Positions 39,282-52,000 of a stretch of DNA of 64,000 nucleotides are shown here, piece after piece (position 1 is the first letter of the stretch; the number at the start of each line of letters is the position of its first letter). The stretch comes from Spongospora subterranea f. sp. subterranea. Its lineage: Eukaryota. A program made the position numbers and the translations under genes. Under the pieces are notes generated by a model. It worked only from the letters and a program-made list of their open reading frames with translations. It had not been told where the DNA came from and ran no database searches. The DNA is taken from positions 124,001 through 188,000 of the forward strand of contig JAUGWO010000069.1 of assembly GCA_049724395.1 (NCBI GenBank), in the 5' to 3' direction.

Positions 39282-42200
39282 ATGGCAGAAGTACAGGAGA
39301 CGGAGCCGTCCCTGACAAATTCAGAACTAGATGCTGCGATTACTCTCTTAGAGCGTGAAGCCAAGCTGAGGAAGCTGGCACAGCTAAAATTAAATGAAGC
39401 ACAAACCACCGAGAAGAGTATGGAGGGTGACCTTGGGAAGTATTGGGGGTTATGATCGAATACACACACCAGTGTTTCGACGGCAAGGACACAAATTTCC
39501 AATTCTGGCTGAAGAACGCAGCCATTTACCTGCAGGTTAAGGGGCTCGGCGAGATGGTCGGGATCGATAACTGATCCCCTCACTGCAGTATTAACAGGAG
39601 TCTTTGCCAGCCTAGACTTACGAGCACTAACACTGATTCGACTAAATCTTACTACTACTACAGATGACGTGGCCAGACTGACAAACATTCAGTCTTGCCA
39701 CACAGCAGCTCAAGCCTGGCGATGTACCTACTCAACTTACCATCGGTCAAGCCGTCCCCTCATCACCCAAGCTGTCCACTCCTTAATCTCAACAAGGCAA
39801 GGCGACGACGAGCCAAGCCGGGAGTATGCATCCAGACTGTCCAGCGCAGCATTGAGGGTCCGAGCCGTCGTTCCAGAGAAGATGATCAAATTCTTCGGAT
39901 GAATTAGCGGCGACGATCATGCTACTGCGAGTGAACAAGAGGTTCAAGATCATCACAAGCATTATCAATGCCCACCAATCGGACACGCCCCTAAGCACGG
40001 AGCGATTGACAGCGATGCTGATGGAAGAAGAACGCTCCGAAACCATCCCCACCATTGAGATCGGCATCGATAGCGGAGTTGAGCGTTGAACTCAATGCAT
40101 TGAAGGCATCCATCGGTCAACGACACGGAAACGATTGTAAAATCCATCCAGGGAGCCACCCCAATGCCAACTGTTTCACACCAACACCCACATAAGGCGC
40201 CACCTCCAGATTGGAGAAATCTTGACCCATTATCACCAGCTAAACTTTCCCTTTACGGCTTGCCGCCACAATCGACACTATCATTGGCTCCACCACCACG
40301 ACATAACTCCAGCGACTGGACAATCGATAGCGCTTTCTCGCAACACATGGCGTCTGATCAGGGGAGTATCCAAAGTTATCAACCCGAACAATATTGTCCC
40401 TCATATTCTTAGGGGACGGATCGCTGTGCGGGAAAGGGAATAGGACAAGCTATTCTCAACAATATCCCGGTAAACAAACATAAACGGTGTACTTCATGTT
40501 CCCAATTTCAGAAACTTGATTCTGGTCTGTCCCGGTTGGTGGCCGGTTAGGACCAGGTCAGTGTGATACTTGAGTTAAAAAACCCTGAGGGCAGGGATTT
40601 TGGGGAATACCCTAAGGTTGGCCAGCTAATACGGAAGTAGAGCGCAGGTTGTTGAGCATGCGAGGAACGAACGTCTTGAAAAATAGACAGCTGATTTGTG
40701 ATGATGCGACTTGGGTTCAAGGCATTGTGGTGGAATTTCCCCCGTGTGTCCAATGGTTAGAAGGGTTTTAGTGAGTCGGGTCATGGGATCAACCTCACAC
40801 TATCGCAATGTCGGTCAAACTGCAGATTATTCAGCAAAAGGTGATATTGTCTAGCGAATGAGCTTTGACATCAAGTTTCGTCTTGGCCCTCTTGTAGATA
40901 TGGGTACGACAAACCTGGCACCAAAATGCCGAACACAATCACAAAGAAAAATTCCCAATTTCAGTCGACATAATTATAGCAAGGAAAATTGGAGGGAACC
41001 CGAAGGGTTAATAACTGGATCGGCACTACGAGGAGAGGACAATCTCTATACCATACCAAGCAATGCAAACGATATAAATGATCACACCAACGGGCGCATG
41101 CTTCTCATCCCAATTCGGCGAAAGTGTTTCGCTACAGATGTGGCATCTGAGGACGTTTCATACAGAATACCAAGATCTCCGGTGCATGGTCAAGGAAAAC
41201 TTATTGCAATGTAGCCAAGAAGAGGATACCATGGATTTGAGATTATGCAAATGTTCTGGATGTTATCAAGGTAAAATGACAACGGCCACTTCCCCAAGGC
41301 AAGCAAATCTAAAACGATAAGACCACTAGATATAGTTCAACGGACGTCAAAGTCCCTACCCAACACCCGGAATTCACGACAATGTGAGGTATATCATCAC
41401 CTTTGTCGACCATCACACCTGCTTCTTACGCGTCTATTTTCTCAAACACAAACACGAGGCATTTTTCGGCCCTTACGCGTTTCCAGCAAGAGTCGAACGT
41501 CGAAAACTGGAATAAGATCGGAATATTACAGAGTGACAATGCAGGAGAGTACTTATCAAACGAGTGCAGACAATATTAAGCTGATAACGGAATCTTCCAT
41601 CGAACGAGTGTTGCGTACGATCCAGAACAGAACGGCCTCGCCGAGAGAATCAATCGGACCATAGACGAGACATCGGGAAGCGCCAGGCACCACGCCGGAT
41701 TACCAAAAGGCTATTGGACGTTCGCCGTCGCAGCAGCCGTACATGTAATCAATCGCCGACCTCATTCATCACTTCCAGGGCCTATAACACCTTTCTAGGC
41801 CTGGTACGGTAAGAAACCAGCTAGTCTTGACTACCTGAGAGTATTCGACTGCGACGCCTGGATGTTTATTCACAAACAGCCGCAAAGAGGGTACTACAAT
41901 ACCTATCCAGTACTTTGCCACTCGGCCTCATCTGCTCAAGGAAAACCCACGACCAATTTGCGTACTCTGACAGCGTTGGGAACAAGATGTCGACACACGA
42001 TGCTCTACGACCGAATACGTGATTATGCTAGCTGGCTCACCTATATGCTGGAGAGGCAAACGGCAAAAGAGAGTAGCGAACCTCCTCAGTCCATGCTGAG
42101 TACATCGCCTTGTACGATATCGTTAGAGAGATTGTTTGGCTAAGACAACTAAAGATCGAACTAAATGATCATGATCCTGGACCAACCATAGTTTATGGTG

Positions 42201-42290
42201 ACAATCGAGGGTGTCTTTCTATATCGCGCAACCTGTGGACTGATTCCAGGACAAAGCACATTGACATCAAGTGCCATACCAAACGTACAA
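39282..42290 (+). mobile_element. Degenerate Ty1/copia LTR retrotransposon (gag, protease, integrase, RNase H; RT largely deleted)
   Basis: FDGKDTNFQFW (gag), WTIDSAFSQHM (protease), WH.R..H...C..C..GK, QSDNAGEY and PEQNGLAERINRTI (integrase), AEYIAL...YGDNRG...RTKHIDIK (RNase H); many stops and frameshifts; LTRs not identified. Confidence 0.9.
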
Positions 42291-42332
42291 GGTCCCATGT
42301 TGACGAAATATCAGACGCCACATGAAGCGCTG

Positions 42333-42556
42333 CACACTGATAGCAAAGTGACGACATACAGTTTTGGGATTTTCGTTCTTTGCACATTGTCTCGGAACTA
42401 TGCAGAGCAAGCTGAGGACCCAGGTCATATCCCATATATTTCAGTTGCTGAAAACGCAACTAAAAAGGGAGCGGAGGGGAGTCGTCAAGATAATCCGAGA
42501 CATGTGCAAAGAACGAAAATCCCAGAACTGTATGTCGTCACCTCGCTATCAGTGTG
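42333..42556. mobile_element. MITE-like element with about 63-bp imperfect terminal inverted repeats
   Basis: 42333-42396 CACACTGATAGC...TGTCTCGGA is the near reverse complement of 42494-42556 TCCGAGACA...GCTATCAGTGTG. Confidence 0.7.
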
Positions 42557-43573
42557 TTTCATTCAGTAGTCCTGTAGCGATCCAAACGGATCCGCTGGCG
42601 ACGGAATGGAGCAAATACAGTTCCCAGACCCTCAGTTGCTCAAATTTCACACTGTTGCGTTCCCCAGCCCAGGACCCAGACGTTTCCCCACACAACAATG
42701 ACGCCATCAGATTCAGAGAACCATCTCAGGGCCGTATGGGATGCGGCCCAGGCTCAGTTCCTGGTGACACAGCTGCAGGCTCGGGCTGATTTGGGCATGC
42801 GTGCCGATTGAGCGGAGCGGCAATCAACATGCAATTCAAGTGCGATGTGCTGATTACCATGCAGCAGTTCGGTGACCCAAGCCTCGCAGCATGTTGCACA
42901 AGGGGAAGCACATAATCATCAAACATGGGCTTTATTTTCTAAATGCCATTTTGGGAACGTTACAGGGTTTGAAATGGAACTCCCATAATTTGCCAGACGC
43001 TGATGCGCTCTTACACAAATCAGTGAACAAAAGAGTTGAACACATTTATTATATTGATTATTGTGAAAGAATGTATCCCGACCATGACTCGAACGCTTTC
43101 AAGACATCAGACCAAAAGCCTGGTGATGTGCATATCAGACACATCTGAGAAGCGGCCTCAAGGAATCGGGGAATTGCAGCAAGAACAGATGGCAACATGA
43201 GAGAACCCCATGATATATGCGTCTCTGCCCTGAACTGATATATTCATGTCATATACCAAGGTGTCTGGACATAAAGCCGATGGGAAATCAGTATTAATTT
43301 CAGTATTTGACTACGTGAAATCTGTATACCGATGGGACAATATGCAATCCCCTCAAAAAAGAGGGTCCTCGGCGAAACTGAGTAGAGTCAACAATCGATT
43401 AACCCCCGACTATAATAAGACCAATCGACAACTTCGACTATACATGGCGTCATCAACAATATCAAAATGTATCCATATCGATTGTGATGGCATTGTCCCC
43501 TCGAAACAAATCCGTGGCGGACTGCGGTAAAGAGTTGGTTAGGGCCCGCTCATATATATATCAATAGAGGGGT

Positions 43574-45107
43574 TTAGGGTGGGTACTGCCTGGAACTGCA
43601 CATTAGGGGTTGTCGAATCGCTGCCAGATTATTGTAGTCCAGCAACTTCTGAGAATCTTCGGTTGAGAGTGGCTGCTGTGATGTTGGCAATCCCTCTATA
43701 GCAGGAAGGGGGAATTTCGCGAGATAACGCCACGACCAAAATCGAAGATTGCCTTTTGATTAAGTACAAGACAGCATCCTGAACGTCATGTCATTTCTTG
43801 ACTTCTAAACGTCAAACTGAAAATTTGCCAGTACTGACATTTTCTACTTGATACTGTTCATCGGACGCCATGGTTAATTCAGGCCGTTCCTTGACCTCAA
43901 TGTTGTTATCCGTCAGATGCTCACCTAACGTTCGAAGGAGAATGTCATGTAGACGGTCCGCTGTGTCATTCCAAGCGAAATATGTTTCAACAAACACGCC
44001 ATTGTACAAGTAGAAGTACCTGATCGAAGAAAATTAGAGTTGGAATTCAGTCTGAAGGTTGCTCTCCAATAATCACCCTTGTATATTACTATCCATCTTA
44101 ATATGGACAGGTAAAGTGTTCTCAACTCTGAAAACATTCAGAGCAACATCGATTTCGCTGATGTCTGTTCCTTCTTCTGGCAATACAATCAGCACAACTA
44201 AGCTCGTTATATGAACAGCTACAAGTTCCCGTCTCCGGGTCTATGGGGAAAACGGGCTCAGCTATTCACCACGACATCCGATTATATCGGTTAGACAGAC
44301 CGGATTCCCGATATCGTCCTTGAGATAAATGGTGAAAGAGGTCACTGGTTCGGTCGATTCACAGGATTTGTAGAGGTGTAGTATGGCCCACATCTCCTCT
44401 GGATCTAACGCTAGCCATTCTGGCGAACAACACATGATATTATGGTTGTGAATAATGGCAGCCTGCTGATATTCGGATATCGATGAGGCCACCGAAATCA
44501 TCTGAGGAACTGTCATCATTTAAGGGAGCCTGAATGCCGTCAAATTGTATGCTGACATTTTCGATATGGCTGACCTTTTCGCAAAGGGTAAACTGTGGGG
44601 TAGGCCAATCCACGACGTGGATGGATTGCCTTTACCGATTAGGCGCGTTATCATTGGTGAGACACTCTAACCGTAACCAGTTCACTGATGGCGCCTTTGT
44701 TTGACATCGCTCGAGAACAATACCTGAATTTCTTTGCGGACCTCAGCTGCTGATGCATTCAACATTGAAATTCCGGCTAGAGATATGGATGATCTAGTAC
44801 TTGCTATGATATGCTGAGCTATCCATTGGTAGGCGGTATTCAAGCAGCATATAAACATCTACAAAGGCTTTAGCTCAACATCGTCCGGTGACCGATCGTG
44901 ACCGATTACAGTGTCGTCGACGATCAAATAGGCAATGCTAGCCGTTTTGGTATGAATAACATCGACCTGGCATTGGTACGATTGCGTCGACGTTTGCAGA
45001 GCCGTCAACAGGCCTTGAATAGCAAACGGCGTGTCAATTCCATCGCTGCTGTATTGAAATATCGGCATCCCCGCCGATGATACGATTGCCATCCAACAGC
45101 AGCCCAT
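43574..45107 (-). CDS. FUZ: Fuzzy-like longin-domain protein (CPLANE/Mon1 family)
   Basis: AIVSSAGMPIF...PFAIQGLLTAL...IHTKTASIAY (longin 1) and CCSPEWLALDPEE...FTIYL (longin 2) follow the Fuzzy pattern; 3' end uncertain (43574 or 43629). Confidence 0.65.
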
Positions 45108-45554
45108 GTGACAAGACCAATAACACCAACGATATAGCTCGAATATATGCAGATTACCGGTGGCCAACACAAGGGGCAGTACCCACATACAGTACCTGTT
45201 GTGTCGTTACTCGTGACCGGTAGCGTTATCAGGGTGCAGTGTAGCCAGCCATCCTCCCCCCAACATCATACAGTCAAGCCTTGGACTGTGTTAAGATTAT
45301 TTTCGTCAAGGTCTGGTCCATGAAATGTCATCCTATAAGCTGAACCCTGACTCAAATGCCCAACAAGTCTTGACTGAATGGCAAACGGTTAGAACTCTCA
45401 ACTCTGGTTGATGAGCGTAAACAGTCTCACTGAAGTGAATGTCCCTTCAGGTAGAACCCTTGCAGGCTGCGCATAACAAAAAGTGTGCAGTACAATGGCT
45501 CGGGGGTATCAAAGCGTAGACAACGATTGTTGGAACTGTTTCTGTCGGGACAGA

Positions 45555-45770
45555 TCTATGAACAAATAGTCAAAGTGAAGGACAGAGTTACGACCTGGTG
45601 GCATGAACAGCAGCTGCGCTTCGTCAAGGACATGAACAGCAGCTGCGCTTCGTCAGAGACATGAACAGCAGATGCGCTTCGTCAAGGCACATGAACAGCA
45701 GCTGCGCTTTGTCAGAGACATGAGCTAACAGCCGTAACTCTGTCCGTCACTTTGACTATTTGATCATAGA
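45555..45770. mobile_element. MITE-like element: about 40-bp TIRs enclosing four 29-30-bp tandem repeats
   Basis: TCTATGAACAAATAGTCAAAGTGAAGGACAGAGTTACG ... CGTAACTCTGTCCGTCACTTTGACTATTTGATCATAGA; internal CATGAACAGCAGCTGCGCTTCGTCA units at 45602, 45631, 45660 and 45690. Confidence 0.8.
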
Positions 45771-46986
45771 GCATAAATTCATTTACTCACACGAAGGTGA
45801 CACTTGTTGATCACCCTTCGAACTTTGTAGCAATCTAACAATGGGGTCGGTCGGTCTTTGACCAGCTTCTGGAGCTGAGAGATCAGCACACAATGGCGGG
45901 TACGATCAACGAAAAAGAGTTCTTACAATTAAAGGCATCGACCATCGCCTCTACCGTGGTCACTGCTTCGATCGCCAACATCCACTGTCGTTTCTTCAAC
46001 TTTTACAACATCGGACGTTGTGACTTGCCAATTCCCAACTGGCAAACGAATATCCTCCGCTTCAAAACAACCTACTCTACATAGATTCGTTGAGCCATCG
46101 CGACCTCAGTGGAGAAGCGGAGCAGAAGTTCGTCTCAACTGAGTGTCCTCTCGTCATTTGGTCCATATTTATGCCAACTTGTGAAAAGCTATGCAATTCA
46201 CGACAAGTGCTCGTTTCGCACGTCAAGACACATGAAATGCGTTGCAAAGCTTTCAGGTCTTTAACTGAATGACTCCTGTGTATGTGAAGTTGGGACGAAA
46301 GTTTCTGCCAAGACGATACGTAACTGAGGGTCATAACAAAAAGATTTTCGGTCTTCTTTCGAGGACTCGGTCACCGTTGTTTGTTGGTGCACTCTGAATT
46401 TTTATTTGTGTCACAAGCAAATAACATTAAGAGCACGTTGATGATCTCATGAAGTTCCTCCTGATGAGGTGGTCCACCGCGTTCGCCCTTGCCAATTTTC
46501 ACTTTGGGTTCGACAAACAAGCAACCCCAAAATGTCCATGGCTGCCCACCCACCTGACGAATACCGCTTTGTCGGTGGGTTTTGCACGGTCGGCAGCCAT
46601 TGACGCTATGGTGTCGTGTTTGTCACACCATTTTGTCAAATGGATTTTGCCACTGCAGTTTCACAACGCTAATCGGCAATGCAATACACCTTGCATCCGC
46701 CCAATTCGCCAAAACAGTAGGATCAACAATTGATTTTTGTAGTTTTTGATTCCGTCCCTTCTCTCGACGGTAGTTCCTCCTGTTCCGAGAGCCTAGCGAC
46801 AGATGATGGGGACAATAGTGAAAAAACTGTTGAGGGTTAGAACATGGCCTGTTTAGAATATTTAGGGACATCATTGTGGCGATAAATGCACCACAATTCG
46901 TGTATAGGTTCAAAGTGCTTTATTTTCAGAAAGGAACAGCGTCGATGCCGACCCCATTACCTTTGATGACTGTTTTCCCACCAATT

Positions 46987-47363
46987 TCATATTCTGTTTG
47001 CAGTTGCTGAACCGGATCCAGTGGCCAGTCTATCACCGCTATCCCTCTCCAACAAGCGATTTTTGGAACTGGCGCCTTGCGACAATCGCTGCCCTTCACT
47101 AACGCAGTCGTCCAGGCCTTGGCCGATGGCGAACTTAGCCTGGTCTAGCGCATTGGACGCGATCGTCGCCGAGTTTTCCAATCGTGCTCAAATAGTCTTC
47201 GTGTCGACGGACTGATTCCGTGAGTTCGTTCCTCGTTGGCGGCGGTTTCAGTCAGATGACCTCCCCTGAACTGATCCTCAAAAACCTTCTCGTCGGTGAC
47301 GTAGACCATGGCGCTACTCGCTGCCAAAGTGGTCGCCAGCACGACTAGCGGATGAAGTATCAT
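46987..47363 (-). pseudogene. Possible disrupted small secreted protein
   Basis: Signal-peptide-like MILHPLVVLATTLAASSA; the frame stops after 72 aa and a second frame continues. Confidence 0.3.
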
Positions 47364-48406
47364 CTCAGTTAGATGAATGAGTTCACCGAATCGGTCAACC
47401 CCCTCGGTCTTGTTTGGGATATCAACAGATCCGTTGTTATCTGCCGATCGCCATCATGAACTATTAACCGATGTGCAGAGAAACAAGCCGTCGCTAAATT
47501 GATGGCCACAATATTGAGGCGAATTACCACCAGATAATCTGGGGTTTGGAGAATGTTTTCCGAATCAGATGAAAGTGGGTGAGGGCAGAGACAAATGCGG
47601 TCGAGATCGGTCACTGTTGGATTCTGCCGCCGTCAGCGATGTGTTTTGACACTTTGTCATTGTATTGATAAGCGCTATAACCTATTCGCCAGCTGGTTAT
47701 TATTGCTTGTGTGAACTCAACCGTAGCGACGGGTTTCATAGGTCAGAGGCATTTCCAGAGGGACTAACAATGGTTCACACCCGGCTACTCCGCTGGAATT
47801 TGAATTTGAAATATAGAAGCGAATCAGCTGACCGTTCACGTGAAACTTATGCCAAATCGCTTGATGCAATTTGATTGTGTTGGATTCGCCAACTAGTTAA
47901 GGAAACTGTGTCATTTTTGAGGTAAAATTAACCCAATTGAATCAGAACGACGGATAATGCCTTCTCCACGATTTCTTTCAGGTTGTGAAGGATTTGCGCG
48001 AAAGAACTTCGAGAAGCTGCTATATTGACCGCAGTAAGCAATTCGCTTGAGGGGGAACCTGTCGTCAATAGTGCCATTCGATGAAAACAGGAAAAGAGGC
48101 AATTGTATTCATGGCTTTTTTTTCATCGTCTGGGGATATCGTGGAGAAACAGGTTCGTTGATTTGACTCACTAGGAATTCAACCCCGCTCCCCGACGCCC
48201 ATGAACGCTTCATCATCATCGAATGCCCAACTACATACAATTGGTTGGGATCATTGCAAACCCATTGAAATCTGTTGTCGCTCGGAATATATAACTCACC
48301 GATATCTTCAGCGCAACCGTTTTTCACCTGTGGCCTGCGTCGGAGGTTTCAGACATCTCGGATGTTTTACCGACACGGTGGTCGGACCAAGCATTGCCCT
48401 TTCATC

Positions 48407-49009
48407 ATGCTTTTCGCCAAGGTCATTCTTACCATCGCTATTGTATATATGGTGTCTGCCGATAATTGTGGTCAATCATCACCGATCCGTTGGGTTCCTG
48501 AGCGAATGGCGCAAATGATCTCTCGGGTTCAGCTACGAGCATGCCAAGTCGCTGAAATGTATCCGATGGCGGCCGTTCATGCATTATCTGGCTTCAGCGG
48601 CTTGTGGATATTTGGCGCACCGAGGCTGGTTTCGTTCATGGTGTTGGCTCGCTGGAACGACCAAATCCTGCATAGGCGTCATGTTGTGAATAAGCCATTG
48701 TCGCCCGCAGACGATATCGTTAAGATTGGGTTTGATGAGATGATATCCCTGGGCTGGGCCAGGGCGTTTCGAATCCTGATGCGGTCAGGTCAATACTACA
48801 TTATTAGGCCGATTGACAAGTCGTACCATAAGGTGGTGGATCGTTTTCGAAAGCACTATCTGACCAGAATATTTGGCCGCGATGCAGAGAAAGTCCAACT
48901 GGCGCTTCTGTATTTGACACCTGTGATAGCATTGTTTGTACCTCAAAAAACGTCGCTGATGTTGTTGCCCAGCGTAATTGCGGGGTGTTATTTCATAAAT
49001 CATTTGTAA
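48407..49009 (+). CDS. Intronless hypothetical protein with signal peptide and C-terminal hydrophobic segments
   Basis: MLFAKVILTIAIVYMVSA followed by an open frame of about 200 codons ending in two hydrophobic stretches. Confidence 0.6.
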   Translation: MLFAKVILTIAIVYMVSADNCGQSSPIRWVPERMAQMISRVQLRACQVAEMYPMAAVHALSGFSGLWIFGAPRLVSFMVLARWNDQILHRRHVVNKPLSPADDIVKIGFDEMISLGWARAFRILMRSGQYYIIRPIDKSYHKVVDRFRKHYLTRIFGRDAEKVQLALLYLTPVIALFVPQKTSLMLLPSVIAGCYFINHL

Positions 49010-49052
49010 ATAAAACATGGTTTATTTACTTTAGTTGAACTTTGAATAATTA

Positions 49053-52000
49053 TTATGCGGCGTCGTCTAATTGGATATCACCGACTTTCTCTAATACATT
49101 TTTCTGAGATTTTTGAGGCCCGAATTCAAACAGAAGGACTGATAAAAAAGACAGAGCGACCACGAAGCCAACAGCTGCGTCTAGAGCAACGATTTGACCG
49201 AATCGGACAAATATTTGCACTTTGCAAAACATCAAAACGCATGTACCGCCAATTGTCGAAATAGCAGACCATATCACGCTACAACCGATGGTCCTTAAGG
49301 TATAAAACATTCTGCTTGCACGATCTTTTTTGGAAGATAATGCATAGGTATGTGTAATATGCAATTGAAAATCAACGCATATCCCGACCATCATTGACAA
49401 AGAGATCGCTTCAATCACACCAAACGTCCATCCGAATAACTGAAAACACCCAATTATGATGACGAATATCACAGCTGCGCTGATTGTGCCCATAATCGTA
49501 ATGGATAAGCTGCGAGTAAACAGAAGCAGGATAATAGCGGCTGATATGACTGTAAAAATAACGCTGAACGTGGTCCCATTGATTAGTGACAGCTCAATGC
49601 CCATACTAACACAAAAATATCGGTAAACTAGAGATGGGAACAGAGTTAATCAATTCTTACCTGTTCCACGTCGATGATGTTTGAACAGCTTTAACTGGGG
49701 CATCGACGTTGATGTCGGAGACGAAACTCTCCCAAAAGTCATACTCATTTCTGTACGTATTTGCACTTGCCACAGCAGCAGTTTTTGTCACCACGTCGAC
49801 ACGGTAGAAAAGGGGACGCCTGGTTACGACATCTGCCCCGATATTTCTCCAGAAAATGTTGCTCTTCGGCTGACGTAAAAACACTACCATTGTAGATAGG
49901 AACTGGGCAGGCGGAACCGGGAATACTTTTAAATCGCTTTGGGTTTCCACATACGTCCTGAAAGCGTCCATCAAGCAGTTCAACTTGGGGCGAACATGGT
50001 CCTTAAGCGACTGAAGGACAAGTTGAGACATTGGAAACCTGATGTGTTACCACGCATTGTGAGATACCTTGAGACGATCACATACATTCGCAAAGAACAG
50101 CTGGCTTTCAGTAGATGATATGTTGAATGCAGGATCCCACAAGGGCGATTTATTGGGCCCAACATCGCTGACCCCCCAGAGAAGGCTAAGCTTTAGAGAA
50201 TCCTGCTAGAACTTCAAAAAACAGAAAAAAAAAGGGTTTAGAACTCTTAACCTGAGTTCGTAGCTCGGAAGTATGCACCGACGAACCTGCAGGTGCCAGT
50301 CCACAATCCTCACCAGAATACTGGTCATTACACACACAGGTTCCTGGGCCTGGCCCCTTTATGCAAGTGCCATGACCATTACAGGCGCCGGTGGACGACA
50401 TGCCCGGACACTGAAAGGAGCATGCTGGCCCCCAATATCCTTCACCACAGATACATGTTCCATTGAGCCCAGCATCGCTTGAATTATAGCTACATGCTGG
50501 GGTCGATCGCAAAAACGCACAGGTAAGCTTGGATTGGCCACTCAAACAAGCTGTCCATGCGTCGTAGCATAGGTTTGACATGGGACACCCTGCATTCATA
50601 TACGAGCGACAATTGTAAAGCTGGGTTGTGTTGGCGATGCAGGAGTTGTGCAAGCTAGAACACGAATCGGAAAGTTGCGCATTGCGAAACGGATTTGCAA
50701 ATGAGCATGTGCCGGCGTTGGAGCAGTCGTCTATACAGTTAATCTCACAGTCTTGTCCTGAATATCCTTGACGGCATGAGCAGAACTGGTGTCCGTATCC
50801 AACGTCGCAAGTACCGCGAGACTAGTTTCGACGTCAGTATGAGGCTCATTGGCGCAATAGGTTGCAACAATACCGGATCTGTGCACTCTAAAACGCAGGG
50901 ACTACTGCAATAATCTCCCGCAAAACCAGTGTGGCATTGACATTTGCGAGTTCTTGAATTGCAATCTCCATGTCCAGAACATTCTTGCCCAGGAACGAGG
51001 GTAGGACAAATTGTTGCCTTCAGCGATGCAGGTGTTGCGCTGGTGCCGACTGTATAAGATCCAGTGGCAGAACCTGAGCTAAAGACTGTCATTGGCAAAG
51101 GGAGAGCGCCAGACCCTGCACCGGCGTTGCCGGCACTGCTCTGAGAATTCCCAGACGTTGAAGGAACAATAGAAGAGCTTGAAGCAAAATTATCATTGCT
51201 CGAGTCCTTCCCTGACGATGCCATAGTTCCTGAAAGATCATTGCATTCATCACAGACCAACAGTACGTTGGAATAAAGAGCGCGAATTTGCTCGAAGTTC
51301 GAGCTTTCACGTAGAAGTTGTTGACCATCCGTTGGAGAACGAAGCCGAGAGGCATGATATCCCATTACTAGGGTTATCAAAATAAACAGCAGAATCGCTG
51401 GACGACGGAAACTATCAATAGAGTGTAAGACAGCACGGTTTACTCGCTTATCGGTTGGCAACTGACCGATTTAACCAATAGGCGTATCGTCCCATCAAGG
51501 TTGTTGTTTCTGCTGGATTTTCTAACTGTTCTTGTGTTGGCCGTTGCCTGCAGAGCGAAAAACTGCAAGAATTTGCGAAATACTTCTCATATATCAAAAC
51601 ACACACAGGAACCCAAGTAATCGCGGTTAGATACTGGATTAGCACTAGACTGCCGAGGAAAACCCCAAATTGTTGAATTGGAAGCACTTCACTTGATATA
51701 TTGGTTAGGAATCCTACAGCCTGAATAATGAATAAGTAATCGGCGAAACACTTAGTAGAGGTGAGATGACCGTGATCGACGAGGTCATGAACATTGCAGA
51801 TAACGAATGCCGCATTGTCCAAGACAGACGATCAGCCAACTGATTCGAACCAAACTCTTTGCTTGATTCTTTCCAGATTTCGTTGTATACAAAAAAATCG
51901 TCAGCGATGATGCCCAGTAAGATCCAGATGGACGACAGAGCAAGTAAACTAAATTGCCCTTGGAAGAATATCATGTATAATGCCAAGGTGGGCAAAAACG

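Noticed and set aside
43570..43582. TTTAGGG as telomeric sequence
   Set aside because: Single unit only
45602..45723. 29-bp repeats as a CRISPR array
   Set aside because: The units are head-to-tail with no unique spacers, there are no cas genes, and the context is eukaryotic
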